The notes beneath the pieces are model-generated. The model was not told the origin of the DNA, searched no databases, and saw only the letters and a program-made list of their open reading frames with translations. The position numbers were made by a program, and so were the translations under genes. A stretch of 64,000 nucleotides of DNA from an uncultured virus (IMG/VR IMGVR_UViG_3300013112_000606) (lineage: Duplodnaviria > Heunggongvirae > Uroviricota > Caudoviricetes). The DNA lies in IMG/VR virus record IMGVR_UViG_3300013112_000606; one strand, written 5' to 3'. Of the stretch, positions 46,801 through 56,393 are shown piece after piece; position 1 is the stretch's first letter; every line of letters starts with the position of its first letter.

Positions 46801-47361
46801 TTGTCGTCGGCCATGAGGGGGATGACCGACGAGCAGAAGGGCCAGATTGCCGCAATTCTGGGAGGCATGGGGGATACGGGAGCGCAGATGTACTCTGCTC
46901 TCCTGCTCCGGGGGAAGGGTGGAGCCGCGCTCAAGGGTGTCTCGGGGAAGGGCGCAGCCATGCGTTCCGCCATGGACAAGGCGGCGGGGCTGGGCTCAGG
47001 TACCATCGACGCGTATCTCTCCAGCGTGAACGCCATGGGCGCGGATGCGAGCCAGGAGGCGAGGACGGCTGTCAGCATCATCAAGGAGGCGGAGAGGGTG
47101 GGGTCGATCAGCGACGCGGACGCCACAACCCTGGTAGACTCCCTCGCCACCGCGGTCGAGAGGGGCCTCATCTCGGGTACGGCCGCGGGAGGCAAGAAGT
47201 CCGGCTCCATGGCAGGTGACCTGGTCGACCTGTCCACTTCGATGAAGGACGCGATGACGGCCAACCGGCTGTTCGTCCAGGCGGTCTCCGACGCCCTGCC
47301 CGAGCTGGCGTCCATCGAGGAGCTGAGCGTGAAGTACAACAGCAGACCCGAGGACGAGTGA
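43900..47361 (+). CDS. tape-measure-like tail protein
   Basis: 1153 aa, Gly/Ala/Met-rich, helical, with GxxxG hydrophobic tracts; heads the structural operon. Confidence 0.7.
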   Translation: MTVVTSTQAGQLFAQQQQAMQMSMGAGMSPIPTLASGSVSKGVASTVMSGMQHLPGALTTVGTVGGLAAGAAGMTSLSAGGAALGGGLGLLMGGPAGLIGGAAMGALPVAPVLAGMAAVGFGAYGLGQMQQGLGQANTMQQALGGYGFGNPSSMTGRGFNMGQAGQITNMVRSMGAGIGQGGFNEIAQIAASLPEMGMMQGVRDAEEFQRKFRGLIDTVKSMTTVLGVSMQEALPFFQGLRASGFYNQQDIVAQSVNRQLAGSVGITGPQFMGSMQQGAGIAQAYGARRAAGASLNQSVATGIGMGVQEGILSEDLVTEAAGGRMGGEAYTFLADRMTQQTMQFTTGAKGRKMLRALGEIKDGRYTGRIDRGQLTRWRAGEIGLDNLGGDRGGSDKSFKAMESRLRGGAAAAMGTDIIGEMVESAMGDKDLEGLERDDAVSVLMQKYTRLGQAEAELYTDMARESRTLSRQRRIRASQEVDRQISEAQLRRTGVKALYRKHVGAPWSSGVAQPFQHMGQILGGNIERETQGFFDSVYGRYTAEVTQESRDAFQFGTGLQGGGRNMGTMGGLRHGTAGGIAGALSGAAAGAGIGAGTGLILGSWLGPGALAGAGIGAGVGAVAGGIGGAFAGSNIAMGGTDAYRASVRAARNAYGGDIPVSVVESIQGMENRRAGLGGGLTAADVGISTEALATGSRSMMGAIAMDKGTANWFTREQDMGIMNAENLREKLRYTDWGRTHLRGRSKRQQREIVRAMAQKAGISLSGEDYANAVGRGFARGRKGALEDLVDAGTGFMSSKAHAADYRAVLSGPNGNKVAAFLGGMGTADEKINKLRTYMGLRDAKDRTKEEDIILSQLKAELGDIDLAGASSLIRALQMYDGDELRGAAQSYYYAQHEEAAAAFSASANKLGASLTNQISTAGEGYAELPQEARDALEGWAAGMTNLTAEGAMDIMEGRGTGSGLTGEALSSAMRGMTDEQKGQIAAILGGMGDTGAQMYSALLLRGKGGAALKGVSGKGAAMRSAMDKAAGLGSGTIDAYLSSVNAMGADASQEARTAVSIIKEAERVGSISDADATTLVDSLATAVERGLISGTAAGGKKSGSMAGDLVDLSTSMKDAMTANRLFVQAVSDALPELASIEELSVKYNSRPEDE

Positions 47362-47603
47362 TGCCAGTCGCCGCGTTGCCGTGGGACGAGATTCGCAGCC
47401 GCCGGAGCCGCAGCTCCGGGGTCGTGGTGAAGCGCAAGGGCCGCTGGGTCACCACCGCCTACGACCGCTTCACCATCGACGACATCATGGTGACGCTGGC
47501 CAAGGCGGAGGTGATGAAGCAGGCGACGGGCAAGGGGAACGTCCCCAAGGTGCCCACGGCCATGAAGGACTACCTGCTGAAGCAGGACAGGAGCGTGAGG
47601 TGA
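47358..47603 (+). CDS. hypothetical protein
   Basis: Overlap, codon bias. Confidence 0.6.
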   Translation: MMPVAALPWDEIRSRRSRSSGVVVKRKGRWVTTAYDRFTIDDIMVTLAKAEVMKQATGKGNVPKVPTAMKDYLLKQDRSVR

Positions 47604-47604
47604 C

Positions 47605-49194
47605 ATGGTAGCCGTCTTCCTGGAGCCGGACCCGTTCGGGGGCAACGTCGACACCGTCGCCTCGGACGACCTGGATCCCTCGGCCAACTTCCGGTCGGGC
47701 GGGAGGATGGACTACTCCCATGTGCGCCGGCCGCTCCGGGGCATCCAGATCAAGAACAACACCTACGCCACCCTCCAGGTGTGGACCGCGGACAACCGCC
47801 GGGTGGGGCTGTACGACTCCGGCGGGCTCGCCGGCCTGGCAGGGACCGAGGACTCCGACGTAGACCAGGGACTCAAGAACGGCTGGCGGATGCAGAGCAT
47901 GGCCGCCAACTTCCTGATCCACCGGATCACCCGGCGGCAGTCGGAGAAGCTCCACCTCATCGAGACGTTCGGTGACCAGGACTTCGGGTTCTTCTACGGC
48001 CAGAAGCCCATCCAGATGGACTTCCAGGGCACCCTGATGAACACCGAGGACTTCAACTGGCGCTCCGAGTGGTGGGCCAACTACCAGGAGGTCCTGCGCG
48101 GCACGAAGCTGGTGGAGCGCGGCGCGCGCATCTACCTGACCTACGACACGTACACGCTGGAGGGGTACCTCCTGAGCTCGTCGACGACGGAGATGGCGGA
48201 CACCCCCTACCACGCCGTGTTCCAGTTCTCGATGTGGGTGACCCGGTGGGAGGACTCCTCCTCCATCGGGAACGGCCGGTTCCCCTCCCCGGAGGCCGGC
48301 CCCGGACTGCTCAACAGCATCGACAAGACCCCCGAGTCCCCCCTCCTGGCCACGCGGAGGATGAACAGCATCGCCTTCCACGTCCGCAGCGCAATCGACG
48401 CGGTGCGGTGGGGCATCACCAGCATGGGCGCTGGGATGAGTGGAACGGTGCAGAGCCTCTACGACACGGTGAAGTCGTTCGCCTTCGGGAGCACGCAGAA
48501 CATCCCCATGGTGGTGGGTCCCGACCCGACGACGGGCTTCCCTACCCCGATGAGTCCCGCCGTGGGCATCCATGAGCTTGTGGCGTCTGGGACGCACTTC
48601 GCCCCGGGGTCGTCCCCCGATGGGGTGGTGGCTGCGGCCAACTTCGGCCAGATCCTCATCAAGGGGGCGGGCACGGCACCGATGCGCCAGGTCAACATGA
48701 ACCGCATCCGGGGCTCGTTCCGCCTCAACTACGACGAGTACCCGGAGGGGGCAGTCAGCACGAGCCTGGAACAGGCGGGGCTGGGCGCCTTCCTGCGCGA
48801 CCCCATTGCCGAGAAGCTGCAGAAGCAGAAGGACCTCACCGACGCCACGCTCAGGACCTTCGGCAATTTCGCGAAGTACGGCATCAACATGTACGCCATC
48901 CCGGTCGACTTCATCTACGGGCAGGTCCAGGGGTTCCAGTCGATGGCCCTGGCGGCGGAGGCCAGCATGCTCCGCACCGAGGCGGAGATCGAGTCCCAGG
49001 GTGGTCCGTCCTTCACCGAGGGGGCCACCGACGGTGACCCGCTGGGGCTGCTGGGGCTGCCCGACACCTCCGTCCTCGAGGAGGAGCAGGAAGACCGCGC
49101 CGAGGCTGCCGCAGCCGAGGACGCCGCGGCCGCCGCTGGCCAGGACGCACTGACCGGAGCGTTCCCGCCCGATCCCACCTTCTCCGGGAGCTGA
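47605..49194 (+). CDS. putative tail/baseplate protein
   Basis: Position after the tape measure gene; ETFGDQDFGFFYG beta-rich pattern. Confidence 0.6.
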   Translation: MVAVFLEPDPFGGNVDTVASDDLDPSANFRSGGRMDYSHVRRPLRGIQIKNNTYATLQVWTADNRRVGLYDSGGLAGLAGTEDSDVDQGLKNGWRMQSMAANFLIHRITRRQSEKLHLIETFGDQDFGFFYGQKPIQMDFQGTLMNTEDFNWRSEWWANYQEVLRGTKLVERGARIYLTYDTYTLEGYLLSSSTTEMADTPYHAVFQFSMWVTRWEDSSSIGNGRFPSPEAGPGLLNSIDKTPESPLLATRRMNSIAFHVRSAIDAVRWGITSMGAGMSGTVQSLYDTVKSFAFGSTQNIPMVVGPDPTTGFPTPMSPAVGIHELVASGTHFAPGSSPDGVVAAANFGQILIKGAGTAPMRQVNMNRIRGSFRLNYDEYPEGAVSTSLEQAGLGAFLRDPIAEKLQKQKDLTDATLRTFGNFAKYGINMYAIPVDFIYGQVQGFQSMALAAEASMLRTEAEIESQGGPSFTEGATDGDPLGLLGLPDTSVLEEEQEDRAEAAAAEDAAAAAGQDALTGAFPPDPTFSGS

Positions 49195-49196
49195 CG

Positions 49197-52100
49197 ATGA
49201 CCACGGCTCGCCGGCTCCTGTTCCGCCTGTTCCTGGAGGGTGTCGAGGTCCCTGTCGTGGGCGCGCGCATCTCCTCGGCAGCCGGCGCGCCCTCGGCGGC
49301 CATCATCCAGGTGGTGCCGACGGACAGAGCCCTGGACTTCCACCCCCGGACGATGGTGCACCTGTTCTCCCTGGACATCACCAACCCCTCGTTGGACGGG
49401 GAGTTGGTCCCGGTCGAGGGGGTTCGGCGGAACTCCCTGGCCGTCCTGAAGAACTACAAGCTCTGCTTCCACGGGGTCTCCGTGGGGTTCCGCGTCCTCA
49501 AGGAGGGCGCCCGGCGACAGACCTTCCTGCAGTGCGTAGGGCCCTCCTCGTCGTGGGACAACGTTCACCAGTACTCGATGGCCTACGGACCGCGTGGGAG
49601 CGCCTGGGGAAACACCTACACCGAGGAGGGCGAGGCTGTCCTCTTCGACGACATCACGGGGAACCCGGCCGAGGCCGCGGCCAAGTTCCTCCAGGACACC
49701 CCGGAGTACGGCGGCTTCCGCGACGTGGAGGAGGGCGTCCTCGCCGGCGTCCTCTCCTTCCTCGAGGCTGTGGGGGGCGTCCCCGACGCCTTCAAGGGGG
49801 TCAACGACTTCACCACTGTCGAGGAGCTTCGGCTCCACGTACTCGACCAGATCGCCTACATCCCCCAGGACGAGTCCGCCCTGAAGCTGTTCGACAGGGG
49901 AGCGTTCAAGAAGTGGCTGAAGAACCAGCTGGGCAGGATGGGCGCGTTGGCCTCGGTGCGCGACATCGTCAACCTCGTGCTGGCCTACATCTATCACAGC
50001 GTGTCGACGAACCCGGCCCCCAAGTACGAGCCCGGTGGCGAGGACTACACCACGGAGGAGACCGTCTCGGTCTCCAACCTCAGCTCCGAGGCCCAGGACC
50101 TGGTGGAGGCCCTCATCGAGACCCTGGAGGACCTCGACAAGCAGACGACCGAGGCGACGACGCAGCTCCGGGGCGGAGGCTCTGGGGCGAGCACCGGGCC
50201 CAGCGGGTACCGAGAGGGCGCGTTCGGGCAGTCGGACACCTCGGAGTACGGGGGGCAGGTCAAGGTCCTGTTCCCGGCGTCGGCCCACAACGCCTTCCTG
50301 GGGCTGGAGCCCATCAAGCAGTACGTGATCTCGGGGCCCACGGGGGCGCACGTGGACTCCGAGCACAGCTACGTGACCTACCCCCACGCCGTCTACCCGA
50401 CCTTCCTGTTCCACGGGGAGTACATCGCCAAGCTGGGGACGTCGTGCGAGCGGGTCAAGCGCGTGGTCCGCCGTGCGCTGTTCCCGCTGGTCTCCAACGC
50501 GGGGACCGACGTGGTGGAGAACCTGGAGAGCTGCATCGCGGAGCTGGGCAAGGCGGCCAACTACACCCCGACGACGGAGGTGCGGACGGTCGAGGAGACC
50601 GAGGAGTACGTCCCGGACTGGATGCTGAGCTCGTCGGGCGGGATGGCCCCGGTCGCGGCCGGGACGGGCACGGAGGTGACCGAGACGGTGGAGACCGTGC
50701 ATGGCACCTCCTTGGGCGCGATGCAGGAGTACATCCGTCAGGCCATCGACCATCTCCGCTCGGCCAACGGGACCCACCCCGAGACGGTCACGCACAACCA
50801 CGTGACCATGCCAAAGCTCAAGACCCTCATCGTCCACCCGGACACGTGGTTCGTGGCCCCGCCGCGGTGCAACGTCCTGTTCCCCGAGCAGTACACCCGC
50901 TTCGAGCTGTCGCGCGGGCACATGCAGGAGATCTCCCGCTACCAGATCCGGTCCGGTCTGGAGAAGAAGGGGAAGGACACGCTCGAGTGGTACTACTCGG
51001 CGCCGAACCTCCTGGACTACCTGGAGAAGGAGGACGAGTTCTTCAAGCAGTCCCCGGCCATCCTCCCCCACGAGGAGTACACCGGCATCATCGCCAAGAT
51101 GCACTCGATGGAGGAGCTGGCCCTGTACCTCACCGACGCGCAGAAGGCGCAGGCCCTGGAGGCAGCCGGTGAGGGGAAGGACCGAGTGGCGTTCACCCAG
51201 CGGGTGGCCCACTTCAACTTCTACACGCACCGCTTCGCCCCGCGCACCGCACGTGTGTCCGCGCTGTTCAACTACCACCTGGTGTGTGGGTTCCCGCTGC
51301 TCCTCATCGACAAGCCGTTCCTCACCCCCTACGGGATGAACACGTCCGACCTGTTGTGGGACATCCAGCACTCCGCTGCACAGGCTGTCGTCGCCGAGGC
51401 CCTGATCCCCTGGGGCGGGCTCCCCAACCAGTTCCTGGGGCAGATCAGCAGCCTGGACCACAACATCGACCAGAACGGCGGGGGCACGGTCCTGCACCTG
51501 ACCCATGTGCGGACTCACCGCACCGCGTACGGGACGGACGACGAGTTCCTCAACGCCCGGCTCGCCTCGGAGGACCAGCCCCTCGAGTCGGTCAAGGCGA
51601 TGGCCGTCGTGCTCAACTTCGACCAGCTGATGGCGGCCGGGAACAAGACCGCCCTGACGGTGCTGCGTGACTGCACCCCCAACCCCTCGCTGCTCGGAGG
51701 CGGGACCATCCCGGAGAACATCCCGGTCCCCGTCCAGTACGCAGGCCCCGAGGAGGGCAACAACGCCCTGGGCATCCCCGCGGACTCTGCGATTGCCACG
51801 GAGGCGGAGATCGAGGCGGGCACCGAGGATGACTGCTCCATCGCCATCGGCGCGCCGGCCGGCCAGTGGAAGGGGCTGATGTCCGCCACGGAGGTGCGCA
51901 ACCTCGAGTTCAACGACGCGGCCACGGTGAAGTACCTCCGGTCCAACGGCATCATCCGGCGCGAGGAGGTCGATGGTCAGCTGTGGAACTTCTACGACTC
52001 CGTGACCCTGATCATCGAGGGGTTCGTCAAGGCTGACGCCACGGTGCGCACGGCCGTGCCCGTCGAGGAGGCCATCCGGCCGGACTGGGTGGGTGAGGTC

Positions 52101-53321
52101 TACGGGAACGACCAGATTGGCGAGGAGGTCTACCAGAACTTCTTCGGCACCGGGTCCGTTGTCGACGAGCAGATCTTCCTCGTGAACCGGATCGCCACGG
52201 AGGCTGCCCTGGCCGAGGAGGTGGCGGCCGAGACCGAGCCCACCGCCGACGTCGATGAGGACGCCGGGTACGTCCCCAGAGGCGGGCTCTTCGCCTCGCA
52301 GAATGAGGCGGACGCGGGCGGCACCGAGGTCCAGACGACGTACACGGGGGACCAGTACGCCGAGAACTACGAGGAGTTCGGTGCGGTCAGCAACACGCGC
52401 CCAGACGGCGGTCCCATCACGGACGTGGCCGCGGTGCAGCGCGACGCCGACGGCATCCTCTCCAACGTCGTGGCCGTGGAGCTGGACTCGGACGTTCCAC
52501 GCGTGACCTCCGTGGCCTCCGCAGTGGACTCCCTGGCCGTCATCTACGGCGCTGCCATCCGGAACAACCTGGATGTGCACAGGTTCGTGTGGGAGTACGG
52601 CTACAGGCCCGTGGCCACCCTCGTCGACATCTTCGGCGACCCGGCCTACCAGCTGGACGAGACCGGCCGGGCGCTGAGCCAGAAGGAGATCGACGACGAA
52701 GCCATCGCCGGGCTCTCCCCTGCACGCACCGCCGCCGAGGTGCTGACGGACTGGTCGCAACACGGGAAGGGGTACGTGTCTCCCGCCCTGGAGGACGCCG
52801 ACAAGCTGATGCTGCAGGAGCGCTGGGCGCGCATCCGAGCAGGCTCGGTGGGTGCGTTCGAGACCCTGGGCGACCTCGATGTGGTCCCCCCGCTGGATGC
52901 TGGAGGGGAGATGACCTCGACGGCGTCCGTGGCACCGGCCACCTCGGTGGACGACGCCCCTGCGGTTGACGACGGCCTCGGGCCAGCCCCGGAGACCGTC
53001 GACGCCTGGGAGGAAGAGGCCGAGGAGGTGGCTGAGCTGGAGGCGGAGATCGCCGGAGCTCAGGCGGACGCCCCGGACGAGAACGAGGAGTACCCGCAGG
53101 AGGGGTTCCATGGGCGGGCACTGGCCGACCTCTCTGGGCTGGTCGGGCTCATCACGGACGAGACGGGCGCGCCCATCGACATCGCCAGCAAGTCGTACCA
53201 CCGGCGGGACGGCCTGGGGGAGAAGGAGCCCATCACTCCGGCCGTGGATCACCGCAAGGAGCGAAAGGAGCGTGTCTTGGAGTACTTGGCCGGGTTGAAG
53301 CTCCGAGGCATCCGTGGCTAA
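49197..53321 (+). CDS. large putative baseplate hub protein
   Basis: 1374 aa; RLFLEGVEVPV N-terminus, PPRCNVLFP; structural context. Confidence 0.6.
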   Translation: MTTARRLLFRLFLEGVEVPVVGARISSAAGAPSAAIIQVVPTDRALDFHPRTMVHLFSLDITNPSLDGELVPVEGVRRNSLAVLKNYKLCFHGVSVGFRVLKEGARRQTFLQCVGPSSSWDNVHQYSMAYGPRGSAWGNTYTEEGEAVLFDDITGNPAEAAAKFLQDTPEYGGFRDVEEGVLAGVLSFLEAVGGVPDAFKGVNDFTTVEELRLHVLDQIAYIPQDESALKLFDRGAFKKWLKNQLGRMGALASVRDIVNLVLAYIYHSVSTNPAPKYEPGGEDYTTEETVSVSNLSSEAQDLVEALIETLEDLDKQTTEATTQLRGGGSGASTGPSGYREGAFGQSDTSEYGGQVKVLFPASAHNAFLGLEPIKQYVISGPTGAHVDSEHSYVTYPHAVYPTFLFHGEYIAKLGTSCERVKRVVRRALFPLVSNAGTDVVENLESCIAELGKAANYTPTTEVRTVEETEEYVPDWMLSSSGGMAPVAAGTGTEVTETVETVHGTSLGAMQEYIRQAIDHLRSANGTHPETVTHNHVTMPKLKTLIVHPDTWFVAPPRCNVLFPEQYTRFELSRGHMQEISRYQIRSGLEKKGKDTLEWYYSAPNLLDYLEKEDEFFKQSPAILPHEEYTGIIAKMHSMEELALYLTDAQKAQALEAAGEGKDRVAFTQRVAHFNFYTHRFAPRTARVSALFNYHLVCGFPLLLIDKPFLTPYGMNTSDLLWDIQHSAAQAVVAEALIPWGGLPNQFLGQISSLDHNIDQNGGGTVLHLTHVRTHRTAYGTDDEFLNARLASEDQPLESVKAMAVVLNFDQLMAAGNKTALTVLRDCTPNPSLLGGGTIPENIPVPVQYAGPEEGNNALGIPADSAIATEAEIEAGTEDDCSIAIGAPAGQWKGLMSATEVRNLEFNDAATVKYLRSNGIIRREEVDGQLWNFYDSVTLIIEGFVKADATVRTAVPVEEAIRPDWVGEVYGNDQIGEEVYQNFFGTGSVVDEQIFLVNRIATEAALAEEVAAETEPTADVDEDAGYVPRGGLFASQNEADAGGTEVQTTYTGDQYAENYEEFGAVSNTRPDGGPITDVAAVQRDADGILSNVVAVELDSDVPRVTSVASAVDSLAVIYGAAIRNNLDVHRFVWEYGYRPVATLVDIFGDPAYQLDETGRALSQKEIDDEAIAGLSPARTAAEVLTDWSQHGKGYVSPALEDADKLMLQERWARIRAGSVGAFETLGDLDVVPPLDAGGEMTSTASVAPATSVDDAPAVDDGLGPAPETVDAWEEEAEEVAELEAEIAGAQADAPDENEEYPQEGFHGRALADLSGLVGLITDETGAPIDIASKSYHRRDGLGEKEPITPAVDHRKERKERVLEYLAGLKLRGIRG

Positions 53322-53325
53322 TTCT

Positions 53326-53340
53326 AGCCCTTACGGGCTA
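53326..53340 (+). terminator. short hairpin after the 49197 gene
   Basis: TAGCCC-tta-CGGGCTA. Confidence 0.4.
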
Positions 53341-53372
53341 CGAGACGGTATAACAGAGCACGAGGTGAGACC

Positions 53373-53696
53373 ATGAGCAGCACACACTCCGAGACCGTTC
53401 GGGCCGCCTTCTGGGACGAGCTCGAGAAGATCTCGGCGAAGCGGGAGAACCGCTCCGTGAAGACGGCCCCGCGCAAGTTCAACACCACGCGCAAGGGCAG
53501 CATCGGCATCCGGCCGCACAACCTCCTCAAGGAGGCCTCCGGTGCGGCGCTGGCGAACTTCCTCAAGGGCGTCACCGTCCCGGGCCTCGCCGTCGGCACC
53601 CTGGCCGGGATCCCCCTGACCCTGGGTGGCCTCAAGGGCTTCCAGGACTGGCAGATGGGGCGACGCATCCGCCGGATGCAGAGGCAGCAGCAGTAG
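53373..53696 (+). CDS. hypothetical protein with FWDELEKISA tag and a TM-like segment
   Basis: RBS GAGG, motif at aa 13-22. Confidence 0.7.
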   Translation: MSSTHSETVRAAFWDELEKISAKRENRSVKTAPRKFNTTRKGSIGIRPHNLLKEASGAALANFLKGVTVPGLAVGTLAGIPLTLGGLKGFQDWQMGRRIRRMQRQQQ

Positions 53697-54308
53697 ATGA
53701 GCAGGGACTCCGCCCTCCTCCAGCTGTACAAGCTGGCGGCTCCCACCGCCGCGGAGATGGCCGTGCTCCCTGCCCTCGAGGCGACCGAGGAGAAGCTGCT
53801 CGACCCGAAGGACCCCCTGAAGCCCATCCCCGTGTCCCACGAGGGGCGGATGAAGACGATGGACACCATCATCAGCACCGCGCCCCTCTTCCAGTACGGC
53901 CTCATCACCCTGGGTGCCCTCCACCCCTCCGCGACCCCCCAGATGTACACGGTGCTGCGCAACCTGCAGGGGGCGGCGAAGCGGACCAAGGAGGTCACGA
54001 AGATCCTGCGGGAGCAGGAGCGGAAGGCGCGGGCCGCCGAGGGCGTCTACGGTTCCCCGGAGCTGGCGAAGTCGGCCGCCGAGCTGAGCCCCGGGTGGTC
54101 GCCCGGGCGGCCGCGGAAGCGGTCGGTGCCGGCACCCAAGGGGGACGGTGGGTCCCTCATCACCCAGATGCTCCGGGACGAGCAGAGTGTGGCGGCGGGG
54201 GTGCCCAGCCGGTCGTACACCTCCATCGAGGCCCAGTCCGCCATCCCGGGCATGGGCAACAAGGGCAAGCCCCCCGAGAAGATGACCTCGGGCATGAGAC
54301 TGACGTAG
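53697..54308 (+). CDS. hypothetical protein
   Basis: Codon bias. Confidence 0.7.
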   Translation: MSRDSALLQLYKLAAPTAAEMAVLPALEATEEKLLDPKDPLKPIPVSHEGRMKTMDTIISTAPLFQYGLITLGALHPSATPQMYTVLRNLQGAAKRTKEVTKILREQERKARAAEGVYGSPELAKSAAELSPGWSPGRPRKRSVPAPKGDGGSLITQMLRDEQSVAAGVPSRSYTSIEAQSAIPGMGNKGKPPEKMTSGMRLT

Positions 54309-54317
54309 GAGACGACC

Positions 54318-55073
54318 ATGGACGTACCCAAGAAGGCGGACACGTCGCTGCTGGCGCCCAACGAGGACAAGCCCCTCGCGGCCCTCAAGGCGGACCTGCG
54401 GTGGAGCGAGGCCACGGGCAAGGGCGACGACAGACTGTCGCCGGACGCGCACAAGAACCACAAGGACGCCCACGGTGCCTTCCTGAGCGCGCACTTCAAG
54501 AACTCGACGGACCGCTCGGTCCCACTGGACCACGACATGCACAAGACCTCGGCGCTGCGCCTGACGGCGCGGGCGCTGATGGCGGCGCAGGCCGACGAGC
54601 CCACGGACTCGGCGCTGCGGAAGACCGCCCAGCAGCTGGTCAAGGTGGCGCTCCACCCCGGTGCGGCCGCGGGTCTCGGCGCCCTCGCAGGTGCCCCGAC
54701 CGGGCTCGGCCTGAGCGCGGCCAAGCAGGGCGGGGAGATGTACACCGGCGAGCGGGAGAAGATGGACCCCTACCTGCTGGCCAGAGCCGCCGTCCTCGGC
54801 GCGCTGCTCGGCGGCGGTGGTGGCCTGGGGCTCAAGTACGCCCCCGAGGTCCTGGCCAAGGGGCGGCAGGCCGTGGAGTCCACCTCGGCGCTGGGCCAGG
54901 CGGCCCGAGAGCTGGCCCCCGAGATCCAGTCGGCCGCTGGCGCGACCACCAGGGCGGCGGAGCAGGTGTCGGAGGCGCTCCCGGCGGCGGCAGAGGCCAT
55001 CGGCCACACCGGGCGTGCCGCTGACCGCGTCGCCAACGAGAGCCTCCTTCGCATGCTGTTCAAGGGCGGATAG
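54318..55073 (+). CDS. hypothetical protein with Gly-zipper hydrophobic segments
   Basis: GAAAGLGALAG and GALLGGGGGLG. Confidence 0.7.
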   Translation: MDVPKKADTSLLAPNEDKPLAALKADLRWSEATGKGDDRLSPDAHKNHKDAHGAFLSAHFKNSTDRSVPLDHDMHKTSALRLTARALMAAQADEPTDSALRKTAQQLVKVALHPGAAAGLGALAGAPTGLGLSAAKQGGEMYTGEREKMDPYLLARAAVLGALLGGGGGLGLKYAPEVLAKGRQAVESTSALGQAARELAPEIQSAAGATTRAAEQVSEALPAAAEAIGHTGRAADRVANESLLRMLFKGG

Positions 55074-55076
55074 GTA

Positions 55077-55844
55077 GTGGACGCTGTTGCCTCCTTCGAC
55101 GAACTCCTCAAGCTGTCGGCTGGACGGAAGCGCCTGTCTGCGCGCCAGCAGCGTGAGATCAAGCTGTGGGAGGACTGGAAGGCGTCCAACGAGGACCCCC
55201 AGAAGTTCGAGCCCCTGCTCACGTCGTTCCAGCCCCTGCTCCAGAAGCGCATCCGGGTCTTCTCCGGGAGGACCCCACTTCCTCCGGCCGCGGTAGAGGC
55301 CGAGTTCAACAAGCGGTTCCTCCACGCCGCTCGCACCTACGACCCCAACCGAGGGGCCAAGCTCAGCACGCACGTCCAGAACCAGCTCAAGTCGGCGCAG
55401 CGCTTCATCACGCGCTACCAGAACGTGGGGCGCATCCCTGAGCCCCGCGCGTACAACATCGGGAAGTTCACGACAGCACGAGGGGAGCTCGAGCAGAAGT
55501 TCGGGCGCCCGGCATCATCTCTGGAGCTTGCCGACCGCCTGCAGTGGAACATCGACGAGGTCCACCGCATGGAGGCGGAGCTCTCCCACGGCGACCTCCC
55601 GACCTCCGGCTTCCTGGATGACCCCACCGTGGTCGTCCCGAGCCGGGAGCGGGAGGTCCTCAAGATGCTACAGTTCGAGTTGACCCCCGACGAGAGCGTC
55701 GTGTACGAGCACTTGTTGGGTGTGGGTGGAAGGCCGTCGCTGTCAGCCACGCAGATCGCCAAGAAGATGGGGTGGTCTGACTCCAAGGTCTCGCGCATCC
55801 GGGCGAAGATCGCCAAGAAGGCGCAGAGAACGGGGCTGGCATGA
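55077..55844 (+). CDS. RNA polymerase sigma factor (sigma70 family, FliA/SigF-like)
   Basis: Region 2 YDPNRGAKLSTHV; region 3 FGRPASSLELADRL; region 4 HTH SATQIAKKMGWSDSKVSRIR. Confidence 0.85.
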   Translation: MDAVASFDELLKLSAGRKRLSARQQREIKLWEDWKASNEDPQKFEPLLTSFQPLLQKRIRVFSGRTPLPPAAVEAEFNKRFLHAARTYDPNRGAKLSTHVQNQLKSAQRFITRYQNVGRIPEPRAYNIGKFTTARGELEQKFGRPASSLELADRLQWNIDEVHRMEAELSHGDLPTSGFLDDPTVVVPSREREVLKMLQFELTPDESVVYEHLLGVGGRPSLSATQIAKKMGWSDSKVSRIRAKIAKKAQRTGLA

Positions 55845-56059
55845 CGATCAGCCAGACCGAAGCGCTCTCCGAGCTCGAGTCCGCCTGGGAGGCGTACTAC
55901 GATGCCGAGAAGGAGCGCATCGAGAACGAGGTGGAGTTCCTGAAGGCGGTACACGCCGGACGGACGGGCTCCGCCTCGATGGAGATGGCTGTCGTACAGA
56001 GCGCGTCGGCGTTCCTGATTGCTGACATCAACAACTTCCTGAGTGACCTGGAGGAATAG
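55841..56059 (+). CDS. hypothetical protein
   Basis: ATGA overlap. Confidence 0.65.
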   Translation: MTISQTEALSELESAWEAYYDAEKERIENEVEFLKAVHAGRTGSASMEMAVVQSASAFLIADINNFLSDLEE

Positions 56060-56063
56060 ACCG

Positions 56064-56390
56064 ATGGCGGAAGCCGAGAAGAGCAAGACAATCGTGGCCG
56101 TGGTGGACCTGGACGAGACCGACGCGCTCCGCGTCGAGAACGCCCAGCTGAAGCTGACGATGGTCGCGCGCGACATGGACATGGCTCGCCGCGCCTACGC
56201 GGACGAGATGCGCAACCAGGCCGAGGTGGTGACGGCCCTGAGCGAGAAGTACGACATCGACGCCACCCAGTACGACTTCGACCCCGACACCAAGAAGCTG
56301 CGTCTCCGGCAGCGCCCGCACCCGGGCATGCCGCCGGTGGCCCCGACCCCGATCATCCCACCGGACGCCATCGGCGACCAGGGGGAGTGA
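56064..56390 (+). CDS. hypothetical protein
   Basis: RBS GGAGG, codon bias. Confidence 0.7.
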   Translation: MAEAEKSKTIVAVVDLDETDALRVENAQLKLTMVARDMDMARRAYADEMRNQAEVVTALSEKYDIDATQYDFDPDTKKLRLRQRPHPGMPPVAPTPIIPPDAIGDQGE

Positions 56391-56393
56391 CCC